From NCBI GenBank assembly GCA_965223005.1, contig CBDCVK010000010.1, forward strand, positions 1,376,001-1,440,000: DNA of 64,000 bases, given 5' to 3'. Both the position numbers and the translations under genes were made by a program. The stretch's first letter is position 1. Every line of letters begins with the position of its first letter. The notes below the pieces were generated by a model, which was not told the DNA's origin, searched no databases, and worked only from the letters and a program-made list of their open reading frames with translations. This document shows positions 28,222 through 37,455 of this stretch, in pieces. Origin of the DNA: Terriglobia bacterium. Its GTDB lineage: Bacteria > Acidobacteriota > Terriglobia > JAJPHL01 > JAPKYU01.

Positions 28222-29511
28222 TTAGCTGGCGCCGCCGCGCCAGACCACCCTGCCATCGACAATGGTAACTTCGGGGCCACCCCGAAAGGCGCGGCCGTCA
28301 AAGGGACTATTCTTGCTCTTGGAACAGGAAGCGTTCAAGTCAAATTTCCAGGGTCGATCGGTGGAAAACACGGTGACGTCGGCGTGCCCACCTGGCGCCA
28401 GCGACCCACGGCCCGGCAGGCCCAGGAGCCGGGCCGGGTTTGCGGAAAACAACTCTACCAGACGGGATAGTCCAATGCGCCCGCTGTGGTAGAGGCGCTC
28501 CAGGGCCAGGCCCAGCGCAGTTTCCAGGCCGACAATGCCGAAGGGAGCCAACTCAAATTCCTGCATTTTTTCGCTGCCAGCGTGCGGTGCGTGATCGGTG
28601 GCGATGACGTCCACGGTTCCATCCACCAGACCGTCCTCGAGAGCGGCCACGTCCTGGCGGGTCCGCAGTGGCGGCTTCATCTTGTAATTGGTGTCGTAGT
28701 CGACGATGTCTTCCTCGCTGAGAGAGAAGTGGTGCGGAGTCACCTCACAGGTGATTCGGAGCCCCAGGGCCCGCGCCTCCCGCACCATCTGGAGCGAGCG
28801 CGCGGTTGTCAGATGAGCAATGTGCAGGTGGGCCGACGTATCGGCTGCCAGCAGGATATTGCGCGACACCATCACGTCTTCGGAGGCTCCGCTGATCCCT
28901 CGCAGGCCGAGGCGAGTGGAGACTAGCCCTTCGTGCATCTGGCCTCCCGCGGACAATTGCAGGTCTTCGGAGTGGTCGATGACCGGCAGGCCGTAGGCCA
29001 GCGAGTATTCCATGGCGTGGCGCATCAGGCGGGTGTTCATGACCGGGCGGCCATCGTCCGAGATGGCCACGATGCCTGCCTGACGCATGGCGCCAATTTC
29101 GGCCAGCCGCTCGCCCCGGCTGCGGTGCGAGATGGCCCCGATGGGAAAGATGTGGACCGCCGCGCGCCGGGCCGTCTCGACAATGAATTGGGTCACCGCC
29201 GCGTTGTCGTTGACCGGGTTGGTATTGGGCATGGCACAGATGGCAGTGAAGCCTCCGGCAGCGGCCGCCCGCGCCCCGGTCTCGATGGTTTCCGCGTGCT
29301 CATTGCCGGGTTCCCGCAAGTGCACATGCAGGTCGATGAAGCCGGGCGCCACCACCAGTCCGGTGGCATCCAGCACCTCGGCGTCGGGCACCTGCAGCGT
29401 AGGAGCCACTTCGGCAATAACTCCGTCGCGCAGCAGAACGTCGCGCACCGCGTCCAGTTTCTGAGTGGGGTCCACGACCCGGCCGTTCTTCAACAACAGC
29501 ATCGTTGGCAT
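28222..29511 (-). CDS. pyrC: Dihydroorotase
   Basis: DLHVHLREPG, AMPNTNP, KMKPPLR, ATDHAPH. Confidence 0.95.
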   Translation of the reverse strand: MPTMLLLKNGRVVDPTQKLDAVRDVLLRDGVIAEVAPTLQVPDAEVLDATGLVVAPGFIDLHVHLREPGNEHAETIETGARAAAAGGFTAICAMPNTNPVNDNAAVTQFIVETARRAAVHIFPIGAISHRSRGERLAEIGAMRQAGIVAISDDGRPVMNTRLMRHAMEYSLAYGLPVIDHSEDLQLSAGGQMHEGLVSTRLGLRGISGASEDVMVSRNILLAADTSAHLHIAHLTTARSLQMVREARALGLRITCEVTPHHFSLSEEDIVDYDTNYKMKPPLRTRQDVAALEDGLVDGTVDVIATDHAPHAGSEKMQEFELAPFGIVGLETALGLALERLYHSGRIGLSRLVELFSANPARLLGLPGRGSLAPGGHADVTVFSTDRPWKFDLNASCSKSKNSPFDGRAFRGGPEVTIVDGRVVWRGGAS

Positions 29512-29530
29512 TTCCGACTTTGCCTAGTCT

Positions 29531-30469
29531 TTAGTACGGCAATCCGCCGGGCGCCTCGGGAGGCCCCAGCAGCAGGTCCAGCACCGCCATCCGCACCGCC
29601 ACCCCGTTTTCCACCTGGTTCAAAATGACCGAACGCGGAAAGTCGGCCACTTCGGAGGAGATTTCTCGGCCCCGATTGATCGGCCCCGGATGCATCACAA
29701 TGGCATCCTCACGAGCCGCGCGCAGGTGATCCAGCCGCAGGCCATAGAGCTGAAAGTATTCCTGAATGGAGGGGAAGTAGGGCTCGGTCTGCCGCTCCAG
29801 TTGCACGCGCAACATCATGATGACGTCGGCGCCTGCGATCGCCTCCTCCATCTGGTAGCTGAGCGAAACACAGGGTGAGAGGCGCGCCAGCTCCGGCGGG
29901 ACCAGCTGCGGCGGCCCGCACAACACCACTCGTGCCCCAAACTTGCTCAGCAGCCAGACGTTGGAACGGGCCACCCGGCTGTGGGTAATGTCTCCGATGA
30001 TGGCCACCTGCAATCCGGCCAGCGCCGACTTGTACTCCAGGATGGTGAACGCATCCAGCAACGCCTGCGTGGGATGTTCGTGGGCGCCATCGCCAGCGTT
30101 GATGATGGGGGTTGCCAGGTGGCGCGCCAGGAAATGGGGGGCGCCGGAAGCCGAGTGCCGCATGACGATGGCATCCGGGTGCATCGCGGCCAGCGTGTTG
30201 AGCGTGTCCAGCAGTGACTCGCCCTTTTCCACGCTTGAGGCCTGGGCTGTGATGCTCAGCGTGTCTGCGCCCAGCCGCCGAGACGCCAGCTCGAACGAGA
30301 TGCGCGTGCGGGTCGACGCCTCAAAGAAAAGGTGAATGATGGTCTTGCCCCGCAGACGGTCCAGCTTCTGCTGCGTGCGCTGCAACGGCTTGTAAACACG
30401 GGCCCGATCCAGCACCGCCTGGATATCGCTGGTGGACAGTTCTTCGACTCCGAGAAGCCCCTCCTTCAT
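29531..30469 (-). CDS. pyrB: Aspartate carbamoyltransferase catalytic subunit
   Basis: FFEASTRTRISF, HEHPTQALLD, HSRVARSN, MHPGPINRG. Confidence 0.96.
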   Translation of the reverse strand: MKEGLLGVEELSTSDIQAVLDRARVYKPLQRTQQKLDRLRGKTIIHLFFEASTRTRISFELASRRLGADTLSITAQASSVEKGESLLDTLNTLAAMHPDAIVMRHSASGAPHFLARHLATPIINAGDGAHEHPTQALLDAFTILEYKSALAGLQVAIIGDITHSRVARSNVWLLSKFGARVVLCGPPQLVPPELARLSPCVSLSYQMEEAIAGADVIMMLRVQLERQTEPYFPSIQEYFQLYGLRLDHLRAAREDAIVMHPGPINRGREISSEVADFPRSVILNQVENGVAVRMAVLDLLLGPPEAPGGLPY

Positions 30470-30523
30470 CGGTTCATTGGCTGCCCCAGCATTGAATCAT
30501 CCATGTGCGCATGAATCAAGGAG

Positions 30524-31075
30524 TCAATCGTCAGTCGTTTCGACCAACATGACCCGCTCGTTCAGATCCACTTCCTCGAGCTTCACTTCGATGATCTCGC
30601 GGTCGCTCGTCTCCACGTACTTGCCGACGTAGCGCGCTTCAATGGGCAGCTCGCGGTGCCCGCGGTCAATCAACGCCAGCAACTGGATGCGGCGCGGGCG
30701 ACCGCGGTCAAACAGGGCGTCGAGCGCAGCGCGCGTGGTCCGGCCGGTGTAGAGTACGTCATCCACCACGATGAGGTTCTTACCGTCGATGGGAAACGAG
30801 ATCTCGGTGGCCTGGACCACCGGCTTCTGATCCACGGTGGAGAGGTCGTCACGGTAGAACGTGATGTCCAGGACGCCGACCGGAATCTCGCTCTGTGCGA
30901 GTTGTCGGATCTTATCGGCCAGCCGCCGCGCCAGCGGCACGCCCCGGCGGCGGATGCCGATCAGGGCCAGGTCTTGCAGCGTCTCATTTTTTTCGATGAT
31001 TTCGTGAGCCAGGCGAGTCAGGGTGCGGTCAATCTCGGACCCGCTCATCAGTTGCGCCTTCTCGCGAAGTGCCAT
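30524..31075 (-). CDS. pyrR: Bifunctional pyr operon regulator/uracil phosphoribosyltransferase
   Basis: LDITFYRDDL, VDDVLYTGRT, DRGHRELPI. Confidence 0.95.
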   Translation of the reverse strand: MALREKAQLMSGSEIDRTLTRLAHEIIEKNETLQDLALIGIRRRGVPLARRLADKIRQLAQSEIPVGVLDITFYRDDLSTVDQKPVVQATEISFPIDGKNLIVVDDVLYTGRTTRAALDALFDRGRPRRIQLLALIDRGHRELPIEARYVGKYVETSDREIIEVKLEEVDLNERVMLVETTDD

Positions 31076-31270
31076 GGCCAGCGCCCGCCATCATACCGGA
31101 CGCTCCAGCCAGCGGCAAGCATTCCCCGGACCCTTCCTCTGCAACTTGTCGACAATAAGCGCCCCCCGGGGGGGAACTGCTGCAAGCACTCACAGAAGAG
31201 TGTGCTAAGTCTGTCTGCCTCACGGGGCTGCGCCTGAAGCGAAAAGGTGCGCTGTGCTAAACTGCGGTTG

Positions 31271-33016
31271 ATGCGTCGGCTTCGCGGCACGGTGGGACTA
31301 CTGCTATTGCCGCTGCTACTGCCGTCGCTACTGATTGTCGCGGCACCAGCCCAGGCCGCCCGCCGAGAGAAGCCTCGCCTGGTCCTTTTGGTCGTTATGG
31401 ACCAGTTCCGACAGGACTATTGGGCACGCTTTGGCTCGGCTTTCCTGAAAGCCGCGCCCCCCGGCGCTGGCGGCGAGAAGGCTGCCTCTCCTGGCACGTC
31501 TGTCGTCTCCGGCGGCTTGAACCTTCTACAGAAGGGTGGGGCGGTCTTCGCCAATTGCCACTACCGCCATGCCGTTACACTCACGGCGCCCGGCCATGCC
31601 ACCCTGGTCACAGGCGCCTCACCCAGCGTGCATGGGATCATCGGCAACGGCTGGTTTGACCGCGCTGGGGGCCGGCACACTACCGCCGATCACGACCCAA
31701 CCACCAAGCTGCGAGGCGCCGAGCCGACTTCGGCCGGCGCCTCGCCCCGCTGGCTTATCGGCTCCACGTTGGGCGATGATTTGCACCGGGCGACGGGTGG
31801 CCGGGCACGCGTCATTGCGATTGCCCCTAAGTCCCGCGCGGCGATCCTGCTGGGCGGAAGGCGAGCGACGGCTGCGTACTGGTTGGACTCCAAAACGTTT
31901 CACGCGATCAGCTCCACCTATTACATGAAAGAACTACCGGGCTGGGTGCAGGATTTCAATCGACAAAGCTGGGCCGAGCAGTATGGAGGCAAGCGGTGGA
32001 CACCGGTGGACGAGCCCAACGGGAATCCGTTTCTGACATTCCCCAGAGCGACCAACTCGGCCGAACTGCTGAAGCTGGCTCGCGCGATCCGTTGGTCTCC
32101 CTTTCTCACGGAGGTCCAATTCGCGCTGGCGAGGGCCGCAGTGGAGCATGAAGGACTGGGCCGCGGGCCGGCGACCGACCTGCTGGCCATCAGCGTTTCG
32201 GCCACTGATCTGGTGGGACACGTCTACGGCCCGGATGCCCCCCAGACTCGCGATGCCGTCTTGCGCGCCGATCGCAATCTCGCCGAGTTCCTGGGGTTTC
32301 TGGAGCAACGCATTGGCTTGCGCCACGTCTGGATCGCGCTCAGTGCCGACCACGGCGTCGCGCCTATGCCCGAGCGGGTTCGGCGGGAGGGTCTGGGTGC
32401 TGGACGCGTTGCCTACCAGGACGTGGTACAGAAGGTCGAAACCCGGCTGCGGCAGCTTTACGCAGCCAGATCGGGCAGCAGCTCCAGCGCGGCGAATCAG
32501 AAGTGGGTGCTGAACTACTCGGTACCACACCTGTACTTAAACCATGCGCTTGTCCGCAAGCACCGGCTCAACCCAGATGAGGTGGCGCGCCGGGCGGCCG
32601 AGGCCCTGCTGAAATTGCCTGGCCTGGCAGCCGTATTCACACGCGCGGAGCTGACTGGCTGCCGGCCCGGGCTGGAACTGCCGGGCAAAGTCTGCCTGTC
32701 GTATCATCCGGACCGCGGTGGCGACCTCTACCTGGTTTTCAAGCGGTACTGGATGAACGAACTATCAGCCATACCCAAGGGCACGACGCACGGTTCGCCC
32801 TATGACTATGACACGCATGTGCCGTTGATTCTCTGGGGCCGCCCTTTCCGCGCAGGCACCTATGAGGCGCAGGTCTCTCCAGCCGATTTGCCGGTGACAC
32901 TGGCTGCCGCGCTGGGAATCCGGGCCCCTTCGCTGGCCACCGGCCGCGTCTTGACCGAAGCTCTGAAACGCGAGACCCGGAATCCGAAATCCGATGAATC
33001 CCGACCTGTCCACTGA
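31271..33016 (+). CDS. Alkaline phosphatase superfamily protein (PafA/nucleotide pyrophosphatase-like), secreted
   Basis: Signal peptide, [17 protein letters not shown] (Thr nucleophile), [26 protein letters not shown]. Confidence 0.88.
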   Translation: MRRLRGTVGLLLLPLLLPSLLIVAAPAQAARREKPRLVLLVVMDQFRQDYWARFGSAFLKAAPPGAGGEKAASPGTSVVSGGLNLLQKGGAVFANCHYRHAVTLTAPGHATLVTGASPSVHGIIGNGWFDRAGGRHTTADHDPTTKLRGAEPTSAGASPRWLIGSTLGDDLHRATGGRARVIAIAPKSRAAILLGGRRATAAYWLDSKTFHAISSTYYMKELPGWVQDFNRQSWAEQYGGKRWTPVDEPNGNPFLTFPRATNSAELLKLARAIRWSPFLTEVQFALARAAVEHEGLGRGPATDLLAISVSATDLVGHVYGPDAPQTRDAVLRADRNLAEFLGFLEQRIGLRHVWIALSADHGVAPMPERVRREGLGAGRVAYQDVVQKVETRLRQLYAARSGSSSSAANQKWVLNYSVPHLYLNHALVRKHRLNPDEVARRAAEALLKLPGLAAVFTRAELTGCRPGLELPGKVCLSYHPDRGGDLYLVFKRYWMNELSAIPKGTTHGSPYDYDTHVPLILWGRPFRAGTYEAQVSPADLPVTLAAALGIRAPSLATGRVLTEALKRETRNPKSDESRPVH

Positions 33017-33938
33017 GATCGCCGGCGTGCGGCTGAAAAACCCGGTGATCGCCGCCAGCGGCACGTTCGCTTACGGCGTGGAGTTCGCACACCTGGTGGA
33101 CTTGAACCGGCTCGGCGGGCTGGTAGTGAAGGGGCTCGCGCGCGAGCCGATGCCGGGCCATCCATCTCCACGGCTGCACGAGACCGCTTCGGGAATGTTG
33201 AACGCCGTTGGCCTGCAAAACATCGGGGCGGCCGCGTTTATCCGCGAGAAACTGCCGGAGCTGGGCCGCTACGATACTGCCGTCTTCGCCAATGTCTTCG
33301 GATACGCCACCGAAGATTACGCGGAGGTGATCCGCATCCTGGAGCAGGGGGAAGGGCTGGCCGGCTACGAGCTGAACGTGTCCTGTCCCAACACCAGGCA
33401 TGGGGGCATCAGTTTTGGCGCCGACCCGCGGCTGACACATGAGGTCACTGCGGCGGCGCGCCGGGTCTCCTCCCGCCCGCTCATCGTAAAGCTCTCGCCG
33501 AACGTCACTGACATCGCCGCCCTTGCCCGAGCGGCGGCCGAGGCCGGAGCCGACGCACTGTCGTTAGTCAACACCTTCGTTGGCATGGCCATTGATCTGG
33601 ATGAGCGGCGACCAGTGCTCTCCAACGTGACCGGGGGGCTCTCCGGACCTGCAATCAAACCGATCGCGTTGCGCATGGTCTATCAGGCCGCCCAAGCCGT
33701 GCGCTTGCCCATTATTGGTCTAGGCGGCATTTGGACCGGCCGCGATGCTCTGGAATTTATGGTTGCCGGGGCGGCGGCCGTGCAGGTGGGCACTGCCTCC
33801 TTCGCCGATCCGTGCGCCACGCTTCGTATCATCGGCGAAATGGAGCACTACTGCCGCGACCACGGTGTCGCCTCGGTGCGCTCCCTTATCGGGACCCTGC
33901 GTGCAGAAGCCCGTGAAGACTTGGCAGCGGGAATCTAG
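32994..33938 (+). CDS. pyrD: Dihydroorotate dehydrogenase (family 1)
   Basis: [42 protein letters not shown]. Confidence 0.94.
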   Translation: MNPDLSTEIAGVRLKNPVIAASGTFAYGVEFAHLVDLNRLGGLVVKGLAREPMPGHPSPRLHETASGMLNAVGLQNIGAAAFIREKLPELGRYDTAVFANVFGYATEDYAEVIRILEQGEGLAGYELNVSCPNTRHGGISFGADPRLTHEVTAAARRVSSRPLIVKLSPNVTDIAALARAAAEAGADALSLVNTFVGMAIDLDERRPVLSNVTGGLSGPAIKPIALRMVYQAAQAVRLPIIGLGGIWTGRDALEFMVAGAAAVQVGTASFADPCATLRIIGEMEHYCRDHGVASVRSLIGTLRAEAREDLAAGI

Positions 33939-34003
33939 CATTGTTCTTCGGGTCTAGACGAGCAAGATGTCCCCAGGCACCAGCGGGCCCGTGAGCATCG
34001 TGG

Positions 34004-34222
34004 CTAGCGGTAGCGGTAGGTAATGCGGCCGCGGCCCAGGTCGTAGGGGGTAAGCTCCAGCGCTACGCGGTCTCCGGCAAGAATGCGAATGCGGTTTTTT
34101 CTGAGTCTGCCCGAAAGATGGGCCAATGCGGTTCTGTTCTCCCCGAAGCGAACGCTGAAGACGCCTCCGGGAAACTTCTCGACCACGACACCCTCCACGC
34201 TGATCAGGTCTTCTCTACTCAT
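34004..34222 (-). CDS. infA: Translation initiation factor IF-1 (divergent copy)
   Basis: LAHLSGRLRKNRIRILAGDRVALELTPYDLGRGRITYR. Confidence 0.9.
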   Translation of the reverse strand: MSREDLISVEGVVVEKFPGGVFSVRFGENRTALAHLSGRLRKNRIRILAGDRVALELTPYDLGRGRITYRYR

Positions 34223-34329
34223 TCATTCCCCTGCTGGTCATTCACACTCCTGCTGGTTCGCTATTATACTCGAAACACTACCGCCTGTGCCGTACTGCAA
34301 GGCGTATTTGAAGAGGAGGGAGGCGTCCA

Positions 34330-35328
34330 ATGGCCAAGGCAGGGAAGACGCAGTCGAAGGCGGTGGGCAAGCGTTCGCCTGCGCGACCCACGCCGCGCAA
34401 AGCAGCACCCCGATCCCGCGGATTCGAACCGCAGGACTGCCGCTTAGAAGCCCCTCCAGCGGCGTTAGCGGAGGCCGCCAGCCGCGTGGAGAAGGAGGCG
34501 GGGGTCGTTGTGGGTACCTACCGCGACCCTCTCGGTGGCCAGCCGCTGTTGTTCGCGATCCTGCCAATCGACAGGATTGAGCCGACTCCTTTCCAACGGG
34601 ATCTTTCCCAGGCTCATCACCGGCGGCTAGCCGATGTGATTCAAAGGATCGGCCTATTCCTGGATCCAGTCATCGCTGTTCCTGCTCCTGAGAGAGGGCT
34701 TTGGACCCCCAACGGCCGCCATCGCCTGGAAGCGATGCGTCGCCTGGGTGCCAAAGCCATTACCGCGCTGGTGGTCCCCAACCGCGAGGTGGCCTGGCAA
34801 ATTCTGGCCCTGAACACCGAGAAGGCGCACAACCTCCGGGAGCGTTCGCTGGAAGTGATCCGCATTTACAAAGGGCTGCTGGAAGAGGACGGCGCCCGCG
34901 CCGAACGCACCTTTGCCTTTTATCTCGAGGAAGCGGCGCTGGTGACTCTCGGCCTTTGCTACGAGAGGAAAGGCAACTTTGCCGGTGGGGCTTATCACTC
35001 GGTCCTCAGGAGGTTGGAAACCTTCCTCGGCGAGCCGCTGCGCCAGGCGATCCACGAGCACGAAAGACGCGCCGAACTGCTGTTTGACTTGGAAGAGCGG
35101 GTGGCCGAGGCTGTTTCCCAGCTCAGGCAGCGGGGCCTGGTGAGCCCCTATCTGCGGGCGTTCGTGGTGGCCCGGATCAATCCGCTGCGCTGGATCAAAG
35201 GCGAGCCGCCGCCTTTGGAGCAGGTGTTGAAGACAATGCGAGACCGCGCGGCTCGTTTCAATGTGGACCGGGTCAAGCAACAGGATCTCACCCGCATCTC
35301 CGGGGCTCCTCCCGAAGAAGAGGAATAG
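34330..35328 (+). CDS. ParB/Srx N-terminal domain protein (orphan)
   Basis: IEPTPFQR..FLDPVIAV..TPNGRHRLEAM (GxHR), LALNTEK; GAGGAGG RBS. Confidence 0.75.
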   Translation: MAKAGKTQSKAVGKRSPARPTPRKAAPRSRGFEPQDCRLEAPPAALAEAASRVEKEAGVVVGTYRDPLGGQPLLFAILPIDRIEPTPFQRDLSQAHHRRLADVIQRIGLFLDPVIAVPAPERGLWTPNGRHRLEAMRRLGAKAITALVVPNREVAWQILALNTEKAHNLRERSLEVIRIYKGLLEEDGARAERTFAFYLEEAALVTLGLCYERKGNFAGGAYHSVLRRLETFLGEPLRQAIHEHERRAELLFDLEERVAEAVSQLRQRGLVSPYLRAFVVARINPLRWIKGEPPPLEQVLKTMRDRAARFNVDRVKQQDLTRISGAPPEEEE

Positions 35329-35450
35329 TCCGAATCCCGGGTGACGAATGCCGGACCGTCCCTTTCACCTTTTGTTGCCAGTTTGCTAAGATTCCATGAG
35401 GATAGGGACGCTCAGTAGGGCGATTCCGAATCCTGCGGGAGCTGCCTCTT

Positions 35451-37328
35451 ATGGATCGTGTTGCCAACAGTTTGCCTGTCGCTCTTCACAACGTCGCCAC
35501 TCAACTGCGGATTGATTCCGTTGAAGCTACCACTGCTGCGGGTAGCGGGCATCCTACCAGTTGCCTGTCGGCGTCGGAAGTCATGGCGACGCTGTTTTTC
35601 TCCGTCATGCGCTTGGACCCTTCCGACCCCGGAAATCTGGCCAATGACAGATTTGTCCTCTCCAAAGGCCACGCTGCCCCGATCCTGTATTCAGCCTGGG
35701 CAGAGCTGGGGTACTTTTCCCGGGAGCAGCTGCTGACCCTGCGGCAGCTGGACTCGGACCTGGAGGGTCATCCCACGCCGATTCTGCCCTTTGTGGCCGT
35801 ACCGACTGGCTCGTTGGGCCAAGGGCTGCCGGTGGGTGTGGGGATGGCCTTGAGCGCGCGCCTGGACGGCAGTGACTATCGCACCTATGTCTTGATGGGC
35901 GACGGGGAAACAATGGAAGGATCGGTTTGGGAAGCGGCCGCCGTAGCCACCTTCTATGGCATGGATAACCTGTGCGCCATTGTGGACGTCAACCGCTTGG
36001 GCCAAAGCGGGCCCACCATGCTGCAACACGAACTGGAAATCTTTCGGCAACGGTGGGAAGCCTTCGGCTGGAACGCCCTTGCCGTGGACGGCCACGATGT
36101 CCCGCAATTGCTGGAAGCTTTTAAGAACGCACGGAACACCAAAAACCGCCCCACCGCGATTCTGGCGCGGACCTGGAAAGGCAAGGGAGTCTCGTCTCTA
36201 GAGAACAAAGAAGGCTGGCATGGGAAGGCCCTCAAGAGAGGAGAGGAGAGCGAAGCGGCGTTGAGCGAGCTGCGGGCGCAATTCATGTCCCATGACGGGG
36301 CTAAAGCCTGGCCTACACCGCCCCAGAACTCCAGGCGAGGCCCTGCGTCCCAGCCGGTTGCCCTGCCCCGACCGGAATTCACTTCCACCAAGCCCGTCGC
36401 TACCCGGGAAGCCTTCGGTCAGGCACTGGCCCGGCTGGGCGAACTGGACCCGCGCATCGTGTCCCTGGATGGCGATGTCAAGAATTCCACCCATACGGAA
36501 ATGTTTCAGGGGGTGGCGCCCGCCCGCTTCGTGGAAGGCTATATCGCCGAACAGAACATGGTTGGGATGGCGATGGGTCTGGCGGCCTCCGGGAAGGTCC
36601 CCTTCGCTGCCACGTTCGCCTGTTTTCTGACTCGGGCCGCCGACTTCATTCGCCTAGCCGGCCTGGCGAAATCCAACATCAAGTTTGTCGGCACTCACGC
36701 CGGCGTTTCCATCGGCGAGGACGGCGCGTCCCAAATGGGGTTGGAAGACCTAGCCTTGTTCCGTGCCGTGCCGGACTCAGTGGTGCTGTATCCGAGCGAT
36801 GCCGTCAGCACCTGGCACGCGGTCCGGCTGGTGGCACGACACCAGGGGCTTTGCTACGTTCGCACGGGGCGGCCCAAGGCGCCGATTCTTTACTCCAATG
36901 ACGAGACCTTCGCTATCGGAAAAGCGAAAGTGGTTCGCCAGAGCGCCAAGGACGCGCTCGCTGTGGTGGCCGCCGGGGTGACTCTGTTCGAGGCCCTGCA
37001 CGCCTACGACGAACTCAAGAAGGACAACATCGCGTTGCGGGTCGTGGATTTGTTCAGCGTTCTTCCCGTGGACACGGAAACCCTGCTGGCAACTGCACGA
37101 GCCGCCAACAATACTGTGATCACTGTTGAGGATCACTACGCGGCGGGCGGAGTGGGAGACGCGGTTGCGGAAGCGCTGGGGCCCCACGGCGTGCGTTTGT
37201 ATCGGCTGGCGGTACGCCAGATTCCCCACAGCGGCAAACCCGAGGAACTGCTCCACTGCTACGAGATTGATGCCGCGGCCATCCTCAAGCAGGTGCGTGC
37301 TGCGTTGGCAACGTCTGCCAAACTCTAG
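35451..37328 (+). CDS. tkt: Transketolase
   Basis: GSGHPTSCLS, SKGHAAP, TGSLGQG, GDGE..EGSVWEA..DVNRLGQ, IAEQNM, GEDGASQMGLED. Confidence 0.93.
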   Translation: MDRVANSLPVALHNVATQLRIDSVEATTAAGSGHPTSCLSASEVMATLFFSVMRLDPSDPGNLANDRFVLSKGHAAPILYSAWAELGYFSREQLLTLRQLDSDLEGHPTPILPFVAVPTGSLGQGLPVGVGMALSARLDGSDYRTYVLMGDGETMEGSVWEAAAVATFYGMDNLCAIVDVNRLGQSGPTMLQHELEIFRQRWEAFGWNALAVDGHDVPQLLEAFKNARNTKNRPTAILARTWKGKGVSSLENKEGWHGKALKRGEESEAALSELRAQFMSHDGAKAWPTPPQNSRRGPASQPVALPRPEFTSTKPVATREAFGQALARLGELDPRIVSLDGDVKNSTHTEMFQGVAPARFVEGYIAEQNMVGMAMGLAASGKVPFAATFACFLTRAADFIRLAGLAKSNIKFVGTHAGVSIGEDGASQMGLEDLALFRAVPDSVVLYPSDAVSTWHAVRLVARHQGLCYVRTGRPKAPILYSNDETFAIGKAKVVRQSAKDALAVVAAGVTLFEALHAYDELKKDNIALRVVDLFSVLPVDTETLLATARAANNTVITVEDHYAAGGVGDAVAEALGPHGVRLYRLAVRQIPHSGKPEELLHCYEIDAAAILKQVRAALATSAKL

Positions 37329-37455
37329 GCGCCAGAAACGGGTGGCGGTGCGAGGGCTCTCCTCGAAACTTCCTCGGAATGAAGCCGGTCTCGAAGCAGG
37401 CGGCAGAGTCGGCAGCGCCAGCGACCTCCTGATCCAACCCGCTCAACTCCAGGAA

